Below, one piece after another: positions 1 through 5,804 of a stretch of DNA of 64,000 bases. Under the pieces are notes generated by a model that was given only the letters and a program-made list of their open reading frames with translations, had not been told where the DNA came from and searched no databases. The DNA is from an uncultured Clostridia bacterium (GTDB taxonomy: Bacteria > Bacillota > Clostridia > Christensenellales > Borkfalkiaceae). The stretch spans positions 701 through 64,700 of the forward strand of contig CANRLK010000003.1 of NCBI GenBank assembly GCA_947631465.1, given 5' to 3'. A program made the position numbers and the translations under genes. Each line of letters begins with the position of its first letter. Positions within the stretch are counted from its first letter, which is position 1.

Positions 1-720
1 TTAGAATTGACACCCCCTCAGTCTCGCTTCGCTCGACAGCTCCCCCTGACAGGGGGAGCCAAGATGGGGGCGCGTTCACACTTTTGCCTTGCTGTCCCCT
101 TGGAGGGGTGGCGCAATGCGACAGGAGTGAGCGCATTGGAGGCGCGAACGGTGACCGAACACGGGGTTCTACCCGTGTGAGAAAGTGGCGCGCAAATGCG
201 CGCCAAAAGGGGTGTGGCGCAGACGAGCTTAAAAATAAGGAAACACCCCCTCAGTCTCGGCTTCGCCTCGACAGCTCCCCCTATTCCAGAGGGGGCGCCA
301 AGAAAGAGGAGAGGCGCTTCGCGTTGCCTTGCGGCGGTCGCCCCCGCCGTAAGGCCGCCTCGCCACCAGCTCGACTGGCGCATTGCAACTCACAGCCCAC
401 TGGGCTGTTGAGCAGAATTTGCAATGCTCCACCCCTATTTCAGAGGGGGAGTCAAGAAGGGGGCAGGGGATGCTTCTCCACCTTTGACAGGGGCAGCCAA
501 GTTGGGGGCGTTCACACTCTTGCCTTGCTGTCCCTTTCAGGGGAAAGTACCCGAGCAAAGCGAGGGGGAAAGGGGTACTTCGTAGACGAGCCTTGCACAT
601 AAGGAGACACCCCCTCAGTCACGCATAAATGCGTGACAGCGCCCCCTATTTCAGAGGGGGAGCCAAGTTGGGGGTGAGTACGCGCGCCACAGAAGGAATA
701 GCCAAGGACGTGCTCACCCA
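1..720. repeat. Array A of the nested-hairpin intergenic repeat family (continues off the left window edge)
   Basis: Core units lie at 9-70, 241-310 and 601-708. Each has the form AAGGAGACACCCCCTCAG / short GC hairpin / AGCTCCCCCT-N4-5-AGGGGGAGCCAAG-TGGGGG. Perfect palindromes occur at 186-205 (TGGCGCGCAaaTGCGCGCCA) and 618-637 (GTCACGCAtaaaTGCGTGAC). Degenerate 45-50 bp sub-units lie at 418-520. Every tracked ORF here (18-721) overlaps others on both strands, is G/P/R/A-rich and has no RBS. Confidence 0.8.
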
Positions 721-814
721 ATTTGCCGCTTGCGGCTTAATGCAAGAAAGGTTTTGCTTTTCTAAAAGTATAAAAGTTTCATGCAAGTTCTTTTGCTTTT
801 CATGCTTGAAAAGA

Positions 815-853
815 TGCAAAAAAGGTTCGGGATACTTGCGATGTGTTCCGAAC
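815..853 (-). terminator. Possible intrinsic terminator of the XRE gene
   Basis: On the minus strand the sequence reads GTTCGG...CCGAAC followed by CTTTTTTG. The stem is only 6 bp and the loop is large. Confidence 0.3.
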
Positions 854-923
854 TCAACAGCGATTTCTTTCGAGCGCTTGTGCCTTTATTTTTCTTCAAA
901 ATCCTCCCCATTTCGTGATCTTT

Positions 924-1139
924 TCAAGTCTCGTCTACCCCGAAGAGTTCGTTCGGCGTGATCTCATAGAGTTCGCAAAGCCGCATGATCTGCGCATAAT
1001 TCAATTCAAACACGCCGTTTTCAAACCGACTGTATTGCTGCTGCGTCATCATGAGCGTCGTCGCAACCTCTTTTTGCGTCAATTTCATTTCTTTTCTTGC
1101 ACGCTTTAAATTCTGCCCAACCACTTTTGCAAAATTCAT
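924..1139 (-). CDS. XRE-family helix-turn-helix transcriptional regulator (71 aa)
   Basis: The sequence LKRARKEMKLTQKEVATTLMMTQQQYSRFENG is a typical Cro/C1 HTH. The gene is divergent from the Cys-rich/JAB operon. TGGTATAAA lies 5 nt before the ATG, with no SD, so the mRNA is probably leaderless. Confidence 0.9.
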   Translation of the reverse strand: MNFAKVVGQNLKRARKEMKLTQKEVATTLMMTQQQYSRFENGVFELNYAQIMRLCELYEITPNELFGVDET

Positions 1140-1159
1140 AAAAAATTTATACCATAAAC

Positions 1160-1201
1160 TGATGTAAAATCGTTGACATACATCACATTATGATGTATAA
1201 T
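1160..1201. promoter_or_regulatory. Divergent promoter/operator region
   Basis: The + strand carries TTGACA (1173-1178), a 17-nt spacer and TATAAT (1196-1201). The spacer is filled by the palindrome TACATCA-cat ta-TGATGTA (1179-1197). A third half-site, TGATGTA, lies at 1160-1166 next to the xre start. Confidence 0.7.
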
Positions 1202-1248
1202 AAGATCGAATTTCGATCGAAATATAAAAAACAAAAGGAGAAACAATT

Positions 1249-1434
1249 ATGAAAAAACAAAACAACGAAAAGCAAGTAATCAAATTGCCCGAAGGGAAGT
1301 GCTGCACCTCTTATTGCGGCGACTGCTCTTATTTCAATCCCAGAAAGACATCGTATGGGAAATGCTATTGCGGATATTATAATAGTTATACGCGTACGGC
1401 GAGCGATAGCGCTTGCAGTCATTTTTCAAGGTAA
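1249..1434 (+). CDS. Small Cys/Tyr-rich protein (61 aa), unknown family
   Basis: The SD AAAAGGAGA lies 8 nt upstream of the ATG. The protein has 8 Cys, with the pattern CCTSYCGDCSYF..GKCYCGYY..ACSHF. Its stop codon abuts the start of the JAB gene directly. Confidence 0.6.
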   Translation: MKKQNNEKQVIKLPEGKCCTSYCGDCSYFNPRKTSYGKCYCGYYNSYTRTASDSACSHFSR

Positions 1435-1860
1435 GTGAAGATCTTATCGGGTGTTTATCGGGAAATGATCGACTTCTTTTCCCGCTCGCCCATTGAATCG
1501 GGCGGGATCTTCGGCGCTCAGAAAGGCGTGGTCTGTCGTTTTTGTTCCGACCGCCATGCCGTTCTTTCGGACGAGTATCGACCCAACGTCGAATTTCTCA
1601 ACCGAAAGATCGCCGAATGGGAAAAAGAAAAAATCTTGTTCATCGGAATGGCTCACAGTCATCCGAACGGGCTGCTGCGCCTGTCTTTGGAGGATATGCG
1701 TTACGCGAGAGAGATTATTTCCCGAAATCCGCACTTGAAAGAGCTGAAATTTGCGGTAGCGGCGTCCCGAAAGAACGCATTCCGACTCGCATTCTACGAC
1801 TGTATGCGGGAAGATAAGCGCGGGGAATTTCGGGCGTTGCGCCTCTATAAAATCTCTTGA
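1435..1860 (+). CDS. JAB/MPN (JAMM) metalloprotease domain protein (141 aa)
   Basis: The full JAMM signature is present: E in PIESGGIFG, then HSHPNG....SLEDM (HxH-x7-S-xx-D). The GTG start comes immediately after the TAA of the upstream ORF. Confidence 0.8.
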   Translation: MKILSGVYREMIDFFSRSPIESGGIFGAQKGVVCRFCSDRHAVLSDEYRPNVEFLNRKIAEWEKEKILFIGMAHSHPNGLLRLSLEDMRYAREIISRNPHLKELKFAVAASRKNAFRLAFYDCMREDKRGEFRALRLYKIS

Positions 1861-1887
1861 TTTCGGACTTATCAATATCACTTAATG

Positions 1888-1923
1888 GTTTGAGGCACGA
1901 TCGCTGTGTCTCAAACTTTTTTT
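1888..1923 (+). terminator. Intrinsic terminator of the Cys-rich/JAB operon
   Basis: GTTTGAGGCAC-loop-GTGTCTCAAAC forms an 11-bp stem with one G-U pair. It is followed by TTTTTTT. Confidence 0.8.
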
Positions 1924-1934
1924 GTCTATTCGCA

Positions 1935-2210
1935 TTTTAATAAGGAGACACCCCCTCAGGCGCTACGCGCCAGCTCCCCCTATTTCAGAGGGGGAGCCAA
2001 GAAGAAAGGAAGCGCTTTCGCGTTGCAATGCTCCACCCCTATTCCAGAGGGGGAGCCAAGTTGGGGGGCGCGCTGCAATGCTTCCCCTTTGAGGGGGCGC
2101 CAAGATTGGGGGCTGGGTATTTCGCTCTCCCCCAAGGGGCAGCCAAGATGGGGGGCGCGTTGCAATGCTTTACCTCTCAAAGGGGAGAGATGGGACTTCG
2201 CGCTCACTTC
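1935..2210. repeat. Array B of the hairpin repeat family
   Basis: A full core lies at 1942-2010. Four tandem degenerate units follow at 2026-2195, each of the form GCAATGCT / CCCCT-N-AGGGG / GCCAAG-TGGGGG. The overlapping ORFs 1906-2259, 1980-2207 and 2028-2213 are repeat artefacts. Confidence 0.8.
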
Positions 2211-2358
2211 TAACAGAAAAATTTCGCAATTTGCGACATTTTCAATGATTTTTGCGTAGACGCTCCCTCAAATCGCAAAAAATGTGTTATCATAAATTCG
2301 GATCAAGGGAGATCCATGGGACGCACTTCACAGATCAAACGGAGAAGGAGATTTTGCG

Positions 2359-2811
2359 TTGATGAAAGTCCGATTGCAATGTAACAAGGAAAAGCGGGAA
2401 GAGCTCGAACGCATGCTGCGCGCGGGCGGGTTCGAAGTCTCTTCCTCGGGCGAGCTCGTCCTCTATGAGGAAAACTTCGTTCTAAGCCGTATCCTTCTCA
2501 AAGACGAAAACGGCGGCTTCGAATGGGTCGATATGAACGAGATCGAAATGGTCGAAAGTTTCGATCATATCCTCCTCTTCTACGTCGGGTCGGAACGCTA
2601 TTCCCTGCGCGATCGGCTCTATGCCGTCGAGGAAAAACTCCCAAAGGATAAATTCGTCCGCATCAGCCAATCCTGTATCGTCAACCGCTTGGAGATCGTC
2701 AAGATCGTCCCCACCTTCGGCAGCCGCTATGACGTCACCATGCGCTGCGGCGTCAAAACTTGCGTCACCAAAAGCTATTTCTTGGATTTCAAAAAACGCT
2801 TCGGACTTTGA
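2359..2811 (+). CDS. LytTR-domain DNA-binding regulator (about 150 aa; ATG at 2362 is the likelier start)
   Basis: The C-terminal sequence KFVRISQSCIVNRLEIVKIVPTFGSRYDVTM is a LytTR signature. The SD GGAGAAGGAG lies at 2341-2350. The N-terminal region is short, with no obvious receiver Asp pocket. Confidence 0.8.
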   Translation: MMKVRLQCNKEKREELERMLRAGGFEVSSSGELVLYEENFVLSRILLKDENGGFEWVDMNEIEMVESFDHILLFYVGSERYSLRDRLYAVEEKLPKDKFVRISQSCIVNRLEIVKIVPTFGSRYDVTMRCGVKTCVTKSYFLDFKKRFGL

Positions 2812-2839
2812 GTCTTATCAAAAAATAGGAGGTATTTTT

Positions 2840-3820
2840 ATGGAATTGTTAATCTCTGAGATTTTATGGATCGTCTTGTCGGCATTCATCGTGGTCGGCG
2901 TCACGGTGCTCGTCTTATATCGAAAACTCCTGCCCTCGCTCTTGCTCTCGCGCGTCAAACAGAAAAAACGCCGCCTGCATCTTCCCGACTTTTCTACCGT
3001 CGTCACCGTCTTTGTCTTTCTCTTGATCGTGCTGGTGCTCCTTACCGCGCTGCAAATGAGCTACGAACGGTCGTATACCGTCGGCTGGTATGTTCCGACC
3101 GATTTCTTCCTGTTCAAGCGCAGACTTTACAGCATCGATACGCTCGCCTCACTTTTGATCATCAATTTCTTGGAAGCGGGTCTCTTTTACGTTTATGACT
3201 GTATCCTGTATAAGAGTTTCAAAAGAGTCGGATTCAGCTTTTTGCCGCTCAGTCTCTTTACGCTATTCGCCTACCTTATTTTTCAACAGATGAATGAGAT
3301 TTACATGTATTTATATGTGATCATGATCATCCTGCTTTTGCTCGCCAATATGATCGTGCCGCTTCTGAAAATCGTCACGGTCAAGCGGAGCAAGTGGGAG
3401 ACCGTGTTTCTTCTTTTCCGCGGGGTCTGGCGCACGGCGGCAATGTTCATGCTGGCATACTTTGCAGAGTCGATTTTCAATATGATCGATGATCAGCTTC
3501 TCCTGTATATGAGCTATTTCGCAGTCGTCTATATGATCGCCCTCATTTTCTCCTTGACGGACGCCGTCGTCAAGACCTTGAAGTTCTTCTCGGAGTTTGC
3601 AAGCGCGGAGCGCACGATCAAACGCCTCAATGACGTGCAAGAAGATCGAGTCGGATTGGAAGCGGTCTTTGAACTCGACGAGGAAGAGAGGATGGAACGG
3701 GCGGCGTTGGACGAGTCCATCATCGCGTTGAAGGACTATCCCCCGCGCTTCTTTATCCTGTACGATTGGATCTTGGCTTGGAGATTTCCCAAGACATTTG
3801 AGCTTTGGAAAAATCATTAA
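2840..3820 (+). CDS. Polytopic membrane protein (326 aa) with an acidic cytoplasmic tail, partner of the LytTR regulator
   Basis: AGGAGG at 2828-2833 precedes the ATG at 2840. There are about 7 hydrophobic segments, then an EDR-rich tail. The tracked ORF 2621-3820 is an upstream extension that overlaps the LytTR gene. Confidence 0.7.
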   Translation: MELLISEILWIVLSAFIVVGVTVLVLYRKLLPSLLLSRVKQKKRRLHLPDFSTVVTVFVFLLIVLVLLTALQMSYERSYTVGWYVPTDFFLFKRRLYSIDTLASLLIINFLEAGLFYVYDCILYKSFKRVGFSFLPLSLFTLFAYLIFQQMNEIYMYLYVIMIILLLLANMIVPLLKIVTVKRSKWETVFLLFRGVWRTAAMFMLAYFAESIFNMIDDQLLLYMSYFAVVYMIALIFSLTDAVVKTLKFFSEFASAERTIKRLNDVQEDRVGLEAVFELDEEERMERAALDESIIALKDYPPRFFILYDWILAWRFPKTFELWKNH

Positions 3821-3826
3821 AAAATC

Positions 3827-3855
3827 ACGGCGGACAATTCGTCCGCCGTATTTTA
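3827..3855 (+). terminator. Intrinsic terminator
   Basis: ACGGCGGAC-aattc-GTCCGCCGT is followed by ATTTTAC. Confidence 0.7.
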
Positions 3856-3894
3856 CAATATAAAAATTATGTCAAGGCTCGTTTGCGGCACACC

Positions 3895-4003
3895 CCTTGG
3901 CTATTCCTTCTGTGGCGCGCGCCGCGCCCTTACTCTTGGCTCCCCCTCTGGAATAGGGGGAGCTGGCACGCATTTATGCGTGACTGAGGGGGTGTCTCCT
4001 TTT
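3895..4003 (-). repeat. Single inverted copy of the hairpin repeat
   Basis: The reverse complement aligns with 601-708. The first 35 nt are identical and a 26-nt block (GCGCGCCACAGAAGGAATAGCCAAGG) is identical. A 14-nt centre is divergent. Confidence 0.85.
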
Positions 4004-4007
4004 GGTT

Positions 4008-4478
4008 TCAGTCGCCCGACTTCAAGGGGTTTTGGGCGGTAATCTTTTCGGCGATCTCGACAAAGTTCTTTGCGTCCGCCTCGCCGATGATGTCCACGAT
4101 CTGCCTTGCGATTTTGAGGGACTGGTCGTGCACCGTAAGGTATTCGGGCAAATTTTCTTTGACGATGCGCACAAAGGTCATGCGCTTGTCCGTGCCGCTG
4201 CAACGCTCCAAAAAGCCCTTCGCGGTGAGGGAATCGATCGTGCGGTTGACGAGAGATTTGAGCATTTTCGTCTCCCGTGTGATCTCTTTGAAGGAGATGA
4301 GCCCCTCTTCGTCCGAAAGATAGCGGCGATAGGCGAGCAGCATGACGGTCGCCTCGTTATAGTTCATGCCCTGCGTCATGCGCGTGTTTTTGAGCGTGCT
4401 CGTGAGTTTCACCCATGCCAAAATGAGTGCCTCGTCCAGCCCTTCCTTTAAGCCGCCGTTTTTGTCTTTTTCTTCCAT
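4008..4478 (-). CDS. MarR-family transcriptional regulator
   Basis: The winged-helix region is ISFKEITRETKMLKSLVNRTIDSLTAKGFLER. The SD GGGGGAGAAG lies upstream. Confidence 0.85.
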   Translation of the reverse strand: MEEKDKNGGLKEGLDEALILAWVKLTSTLKNTRMTQGMNYNEATVMLLAYRRYLSDEEGLISFKEITRETKMLKSLVNRTIDSLTAKGFLERCSGTDKRMTFVRIVKENLPEYLTVHDQSLKIARQIVDIIGEADAKNFVEIAEKITAQNPLKSGD

Positions 4479-4498
4479 GACTTCTCCCCCGATCGTGA

Positions 4499-4515
4499 TT
4501 ACAAAAGGATTGTAA
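4499..4515. promoter_or_regulatory. Candidate MarR operator palindrome
   Basis: TTACAA-aagga-TTGTAA lies in the marR upstream region. Confidence 0.35.
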
Positions 4516-4545
4516 CAAATTTTTTCCGTTCTGTCAAGAGTTCGA

Positions 4546-4574
4546 TTGCTTTTCCGCAGAAAACGCTGTATAAT
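4546..4574 (+). promoter_or_regulatory. Sigma-A-type promoter
   Basis: TTGCTT (4546-4551), a 17-nt spacer and TATAAT (4569-4574). Confidence 0.6.
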
Positions 4575-4605
4575 AGAGGAGTTCTCAACTTATCAACCTT
4601 TTTGC

Positions 4606-4624
4606 TGTGGATAACTGTGGATAA
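4606..4624. promoter_or_regulatory. Two tandem perfect DnaA boxes
   Basis: TGTGGATAA occurs at 4606-4614 and 4616-4624. It is the reverse complement of the consensus TTATCCACA. A weaker TTATCAACC lies at 4590-4598. Confidence 0.7.
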
Positions 4625-4646
4625 ACCCCCGAAGGAGTGGACAACC

Positions 4647-4853
4647 ATGTCGCAATATGACTTGATGAAGCTGTTCGAGCAGTTCGACGGCGAGATCTCG
4701 GAGTGCGATTTTACGGCAGAGGAGATGGAAGAGTATCTCCGATATTCAGACAGCCAAAAGGCGGGCGCGGAAGTTCCGCTTTCGCCCGCCCAATGGAAAA
4801 AACAATATTTCTCCTATTATGATGATGTGAAGGATAAATCCCTTAAAAACTAG
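4647..4853 (+). CDS. Small acidic hypothetical protein (68 aa)
   Basis: The SD GAAGGAG at 4631-4637 precedes the ATG at 4647. The tracked ORF 4602-4853 starts inside the DnaA boxes, so I prefer the shorter form. Confidence 0.55.
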   Translation: MSQYDLMKLFEQFDGEISECDFTAEEMEEYLRYSDSQKAGAEVPLSPAQWKKQYFSYYDDVKDKSLKN

Positions 4854-4864
4854 GATTGGTAACT

Positions 4865-5452
4865 TTACCGATCGGTTAGCAGTTGTTTCTTCCCGTCGAG
4901 GAAGGGGCTTGCGCCGCGCTTTCTCATGCGATATACGAAGAAGTAGAGGGGCGCGCCGAGCGCGTAGATCCAGATGGACTGCGAGACGAGGAGGGAGACG
5001 AAATTCCAGGTATAGGCGATGAGCGCGGTCTCGAATCCTTCCGTGAAGCCGCCGATGTAGACGATGACGACGGGGATGATGAGCGCGTTCAAAAGGACGG
5101 GAAAGAGCCCGCCGAGGGCAACGCGGAGGATATGGGCGAACTTGTTTTTCGAAGTTTCGCGGAGGAGCTTTCCGATGAGGAAGGTCAAGAAAGCGGCGAC
5201 GAGGGTGACGAGAGAGCCCAAAAAGATGTCTGCGACGCCGTACTGCGAGATGACGTTCGAGAGCATGCAGCCGACAAAAAGCGCGGGGATCGCTTCGACA
5301 TAGAACAGGGGGAGAATGCAGAGCGCTTCTGCGGGACGGAATTGGAAGAGCCCGACGAAGCTCATCATTCCGAAAGAACAAGTAAGCGCAACATACAGCG
5401 CGGCAATGATGCCCGCGCGGCAGATGCGCCTGACGGAAAACAGTTGTTTCAT
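4865..5452 (-). CDS. queT: Queuosine-precursor transporter QueT (ECF S-component-like)
   Basis: It is a 195-aa polytopic protein with a QueT-like N-terminus (AALYVALT...FQFRPAEAL..LP). A preQ1-type leader lies upstream. Confidence 0.75.
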   Translation of the reverse strand: MKQLFSVRRICRAGIIAALYVALTCSFGMMSFVGLFQFRPAEALCILPLFYVEAIPALFVGCMLSNVISQYGVADIFLGSLVTLVAAFLTFLIGKLLRETSKNKFAHILRVALGGLFPVLLNALIIPVVIVYIGGFTEGFETALIAYTWNFVSLLVSQSIWIYALGAPLYFFVYRMRKRGASPFLDGKKQLLTDR

Positions 5453-5461
5453 AAAGTTGTA

Positions 5462-5504
5462 CCTCGGTTTTTTTAATCGGAAGTGTTTGCCGAAAACCTT
5501 CCGT
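5462..5504 (-). ncRNA. Candidate preQ1-I riboswitch
   Basis: The minus strand reads CGGAAG-GUUUUCGGCAAACA-CUUCCG-AUUAAAAAAA-CCGAGG. This gives a 5-6 bp P1. Loop UCGG can pair with tail CCGA, forming an H-type pseudoknot. The tail is A-rich and the pseudoknot would occlude the SD GAGG. The promoter is TTGACG-17-TAGAAT at 5530-5512. Confidence 0.6.
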
Positions 5505-5549
5505 GCATTTTATTCTATCACGATTTTGTTGCCCCGTCAAGCGTTTTTC

Positions 5550-5759
5550 TCAGGAAAGGGGGTCGGTCGGACGAAATGCGGCGAGCCAGAAGGCGAGCCA
5601 TGCCGCCGCAACGCCCGTGAGCGACAGCAGTGCGCGATAGACCGCTTGATTATAAAAGCAGAGAAAGAGCAATAAATCGAACCCCGAAAAGGCAAAGACG
5701 GTCAAAAAAACGCCCGTCAAGATCAGATACGCCGAGCATAGGATCGTTGTGAGTTTCAT
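5550..5759 (-). CDS. Small hydrophobic membrane protein (69 aa)
   Basis: It has two or three predicted TM segments and no recognisable family. Confidence 0.4.
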   Translation of the reverse strand: MKLTTILCSAYLILTGVFLTVFAFSGFDLLLFLCFYNQAVYRALLSLTGVAAAWLAFWLAAFRPTDPLS

Positions 5760-5804
5760 GCGATTAGTATTTGATACGGGCGGGTTTTTATAAGCAGGAT
5801 AAGA

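Noticed and set aside
739-830. The direct repeat ATGCAAG-N-TTTTGCTTTTC (739-761 and 780-801) and the inverted CTTTTCA/TGAAAAG, considered as a regulatory site downstream of xre.
   Set aside because: The motifs are short and AT-rich, at the 3' side of xre, with no adjacent promoter or gene to regulate. I could not distinguish them from chance.
1435-1860. RadC or an ImmA/IrrE-type antirepressor protease as the identity of the protein downstream of xre.
   Set aside because: ImmA/IrrE proteases use an HEXXH motif, which is absent. RadC-type JAB proteins carry an HNHPSG-type motif and an N-terminal HhH region, also absent. The motif set here is generic JAMM (E, HSHP, S..D).
1-2210. A CRISPR array as the explanation for the tandem short hairpin repeats.
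   Set aside because: The unit length and spacing are irregular. There are no unique spacers between identical repeats. No cas genes or leader are present. Units are degenerate copies of one another rather than a conserved repeat alternating with variable spacers.
18-2259. ORFs inside the repeat arrays: 18-383, 84-602, 196-411, 229-600, 512-721, 629-961, 1906-2259, 1980-2207 and 2028-2213.
   Set aside because: They overlap one another on both strands and consist of translated hairpin repeats (PLxxGEPSWG-type strings). None has an SD. The same pseudo-peptides reappear wherever the DNA repeat occurs.
2621-2839. Upstream in-frame extensions of real genes in the track: 2621-3820, 8290-9387, 10211-11170, 14785-15735, 15303-15941, 17943-18779, 18740-19369, 23848-24762, 35863-36651, 37277-38857, 38788-39753, 42180-43070 and 44017-45303.
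   Set aside because: The extensions overlap the preceding gene or intergenic promoters, are compositionally aberrant (R/P/G-rich) and lack an SD. In every case an internal ATG has a proper SD or an ATGA-type overlap, and it matches the expected family N-terminus.
601-4003. Integron gene cassettes with attC sites, or a composite transposon.
   Set aside because: No intI integrase or attI site is present. There are no RYYYAAC/GTTRRRY core sites at the hairpin ends, and no transposase in or next to the segment. I kept the cassette-like layout as a finding without assigning a mechanism.
4590-4624. A chromosomal replication origin (oriC), on the basis of perfect DnaA boxes.
   Set aside because: Only 2-3 boxes are present. 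No AT-rich unwinding element or DnaA-trio is evident. There is no dnaA/dnaN nearby, and the boxes lie inside a promoter-to-ORF leader. A regulatory or titration site is more likely.
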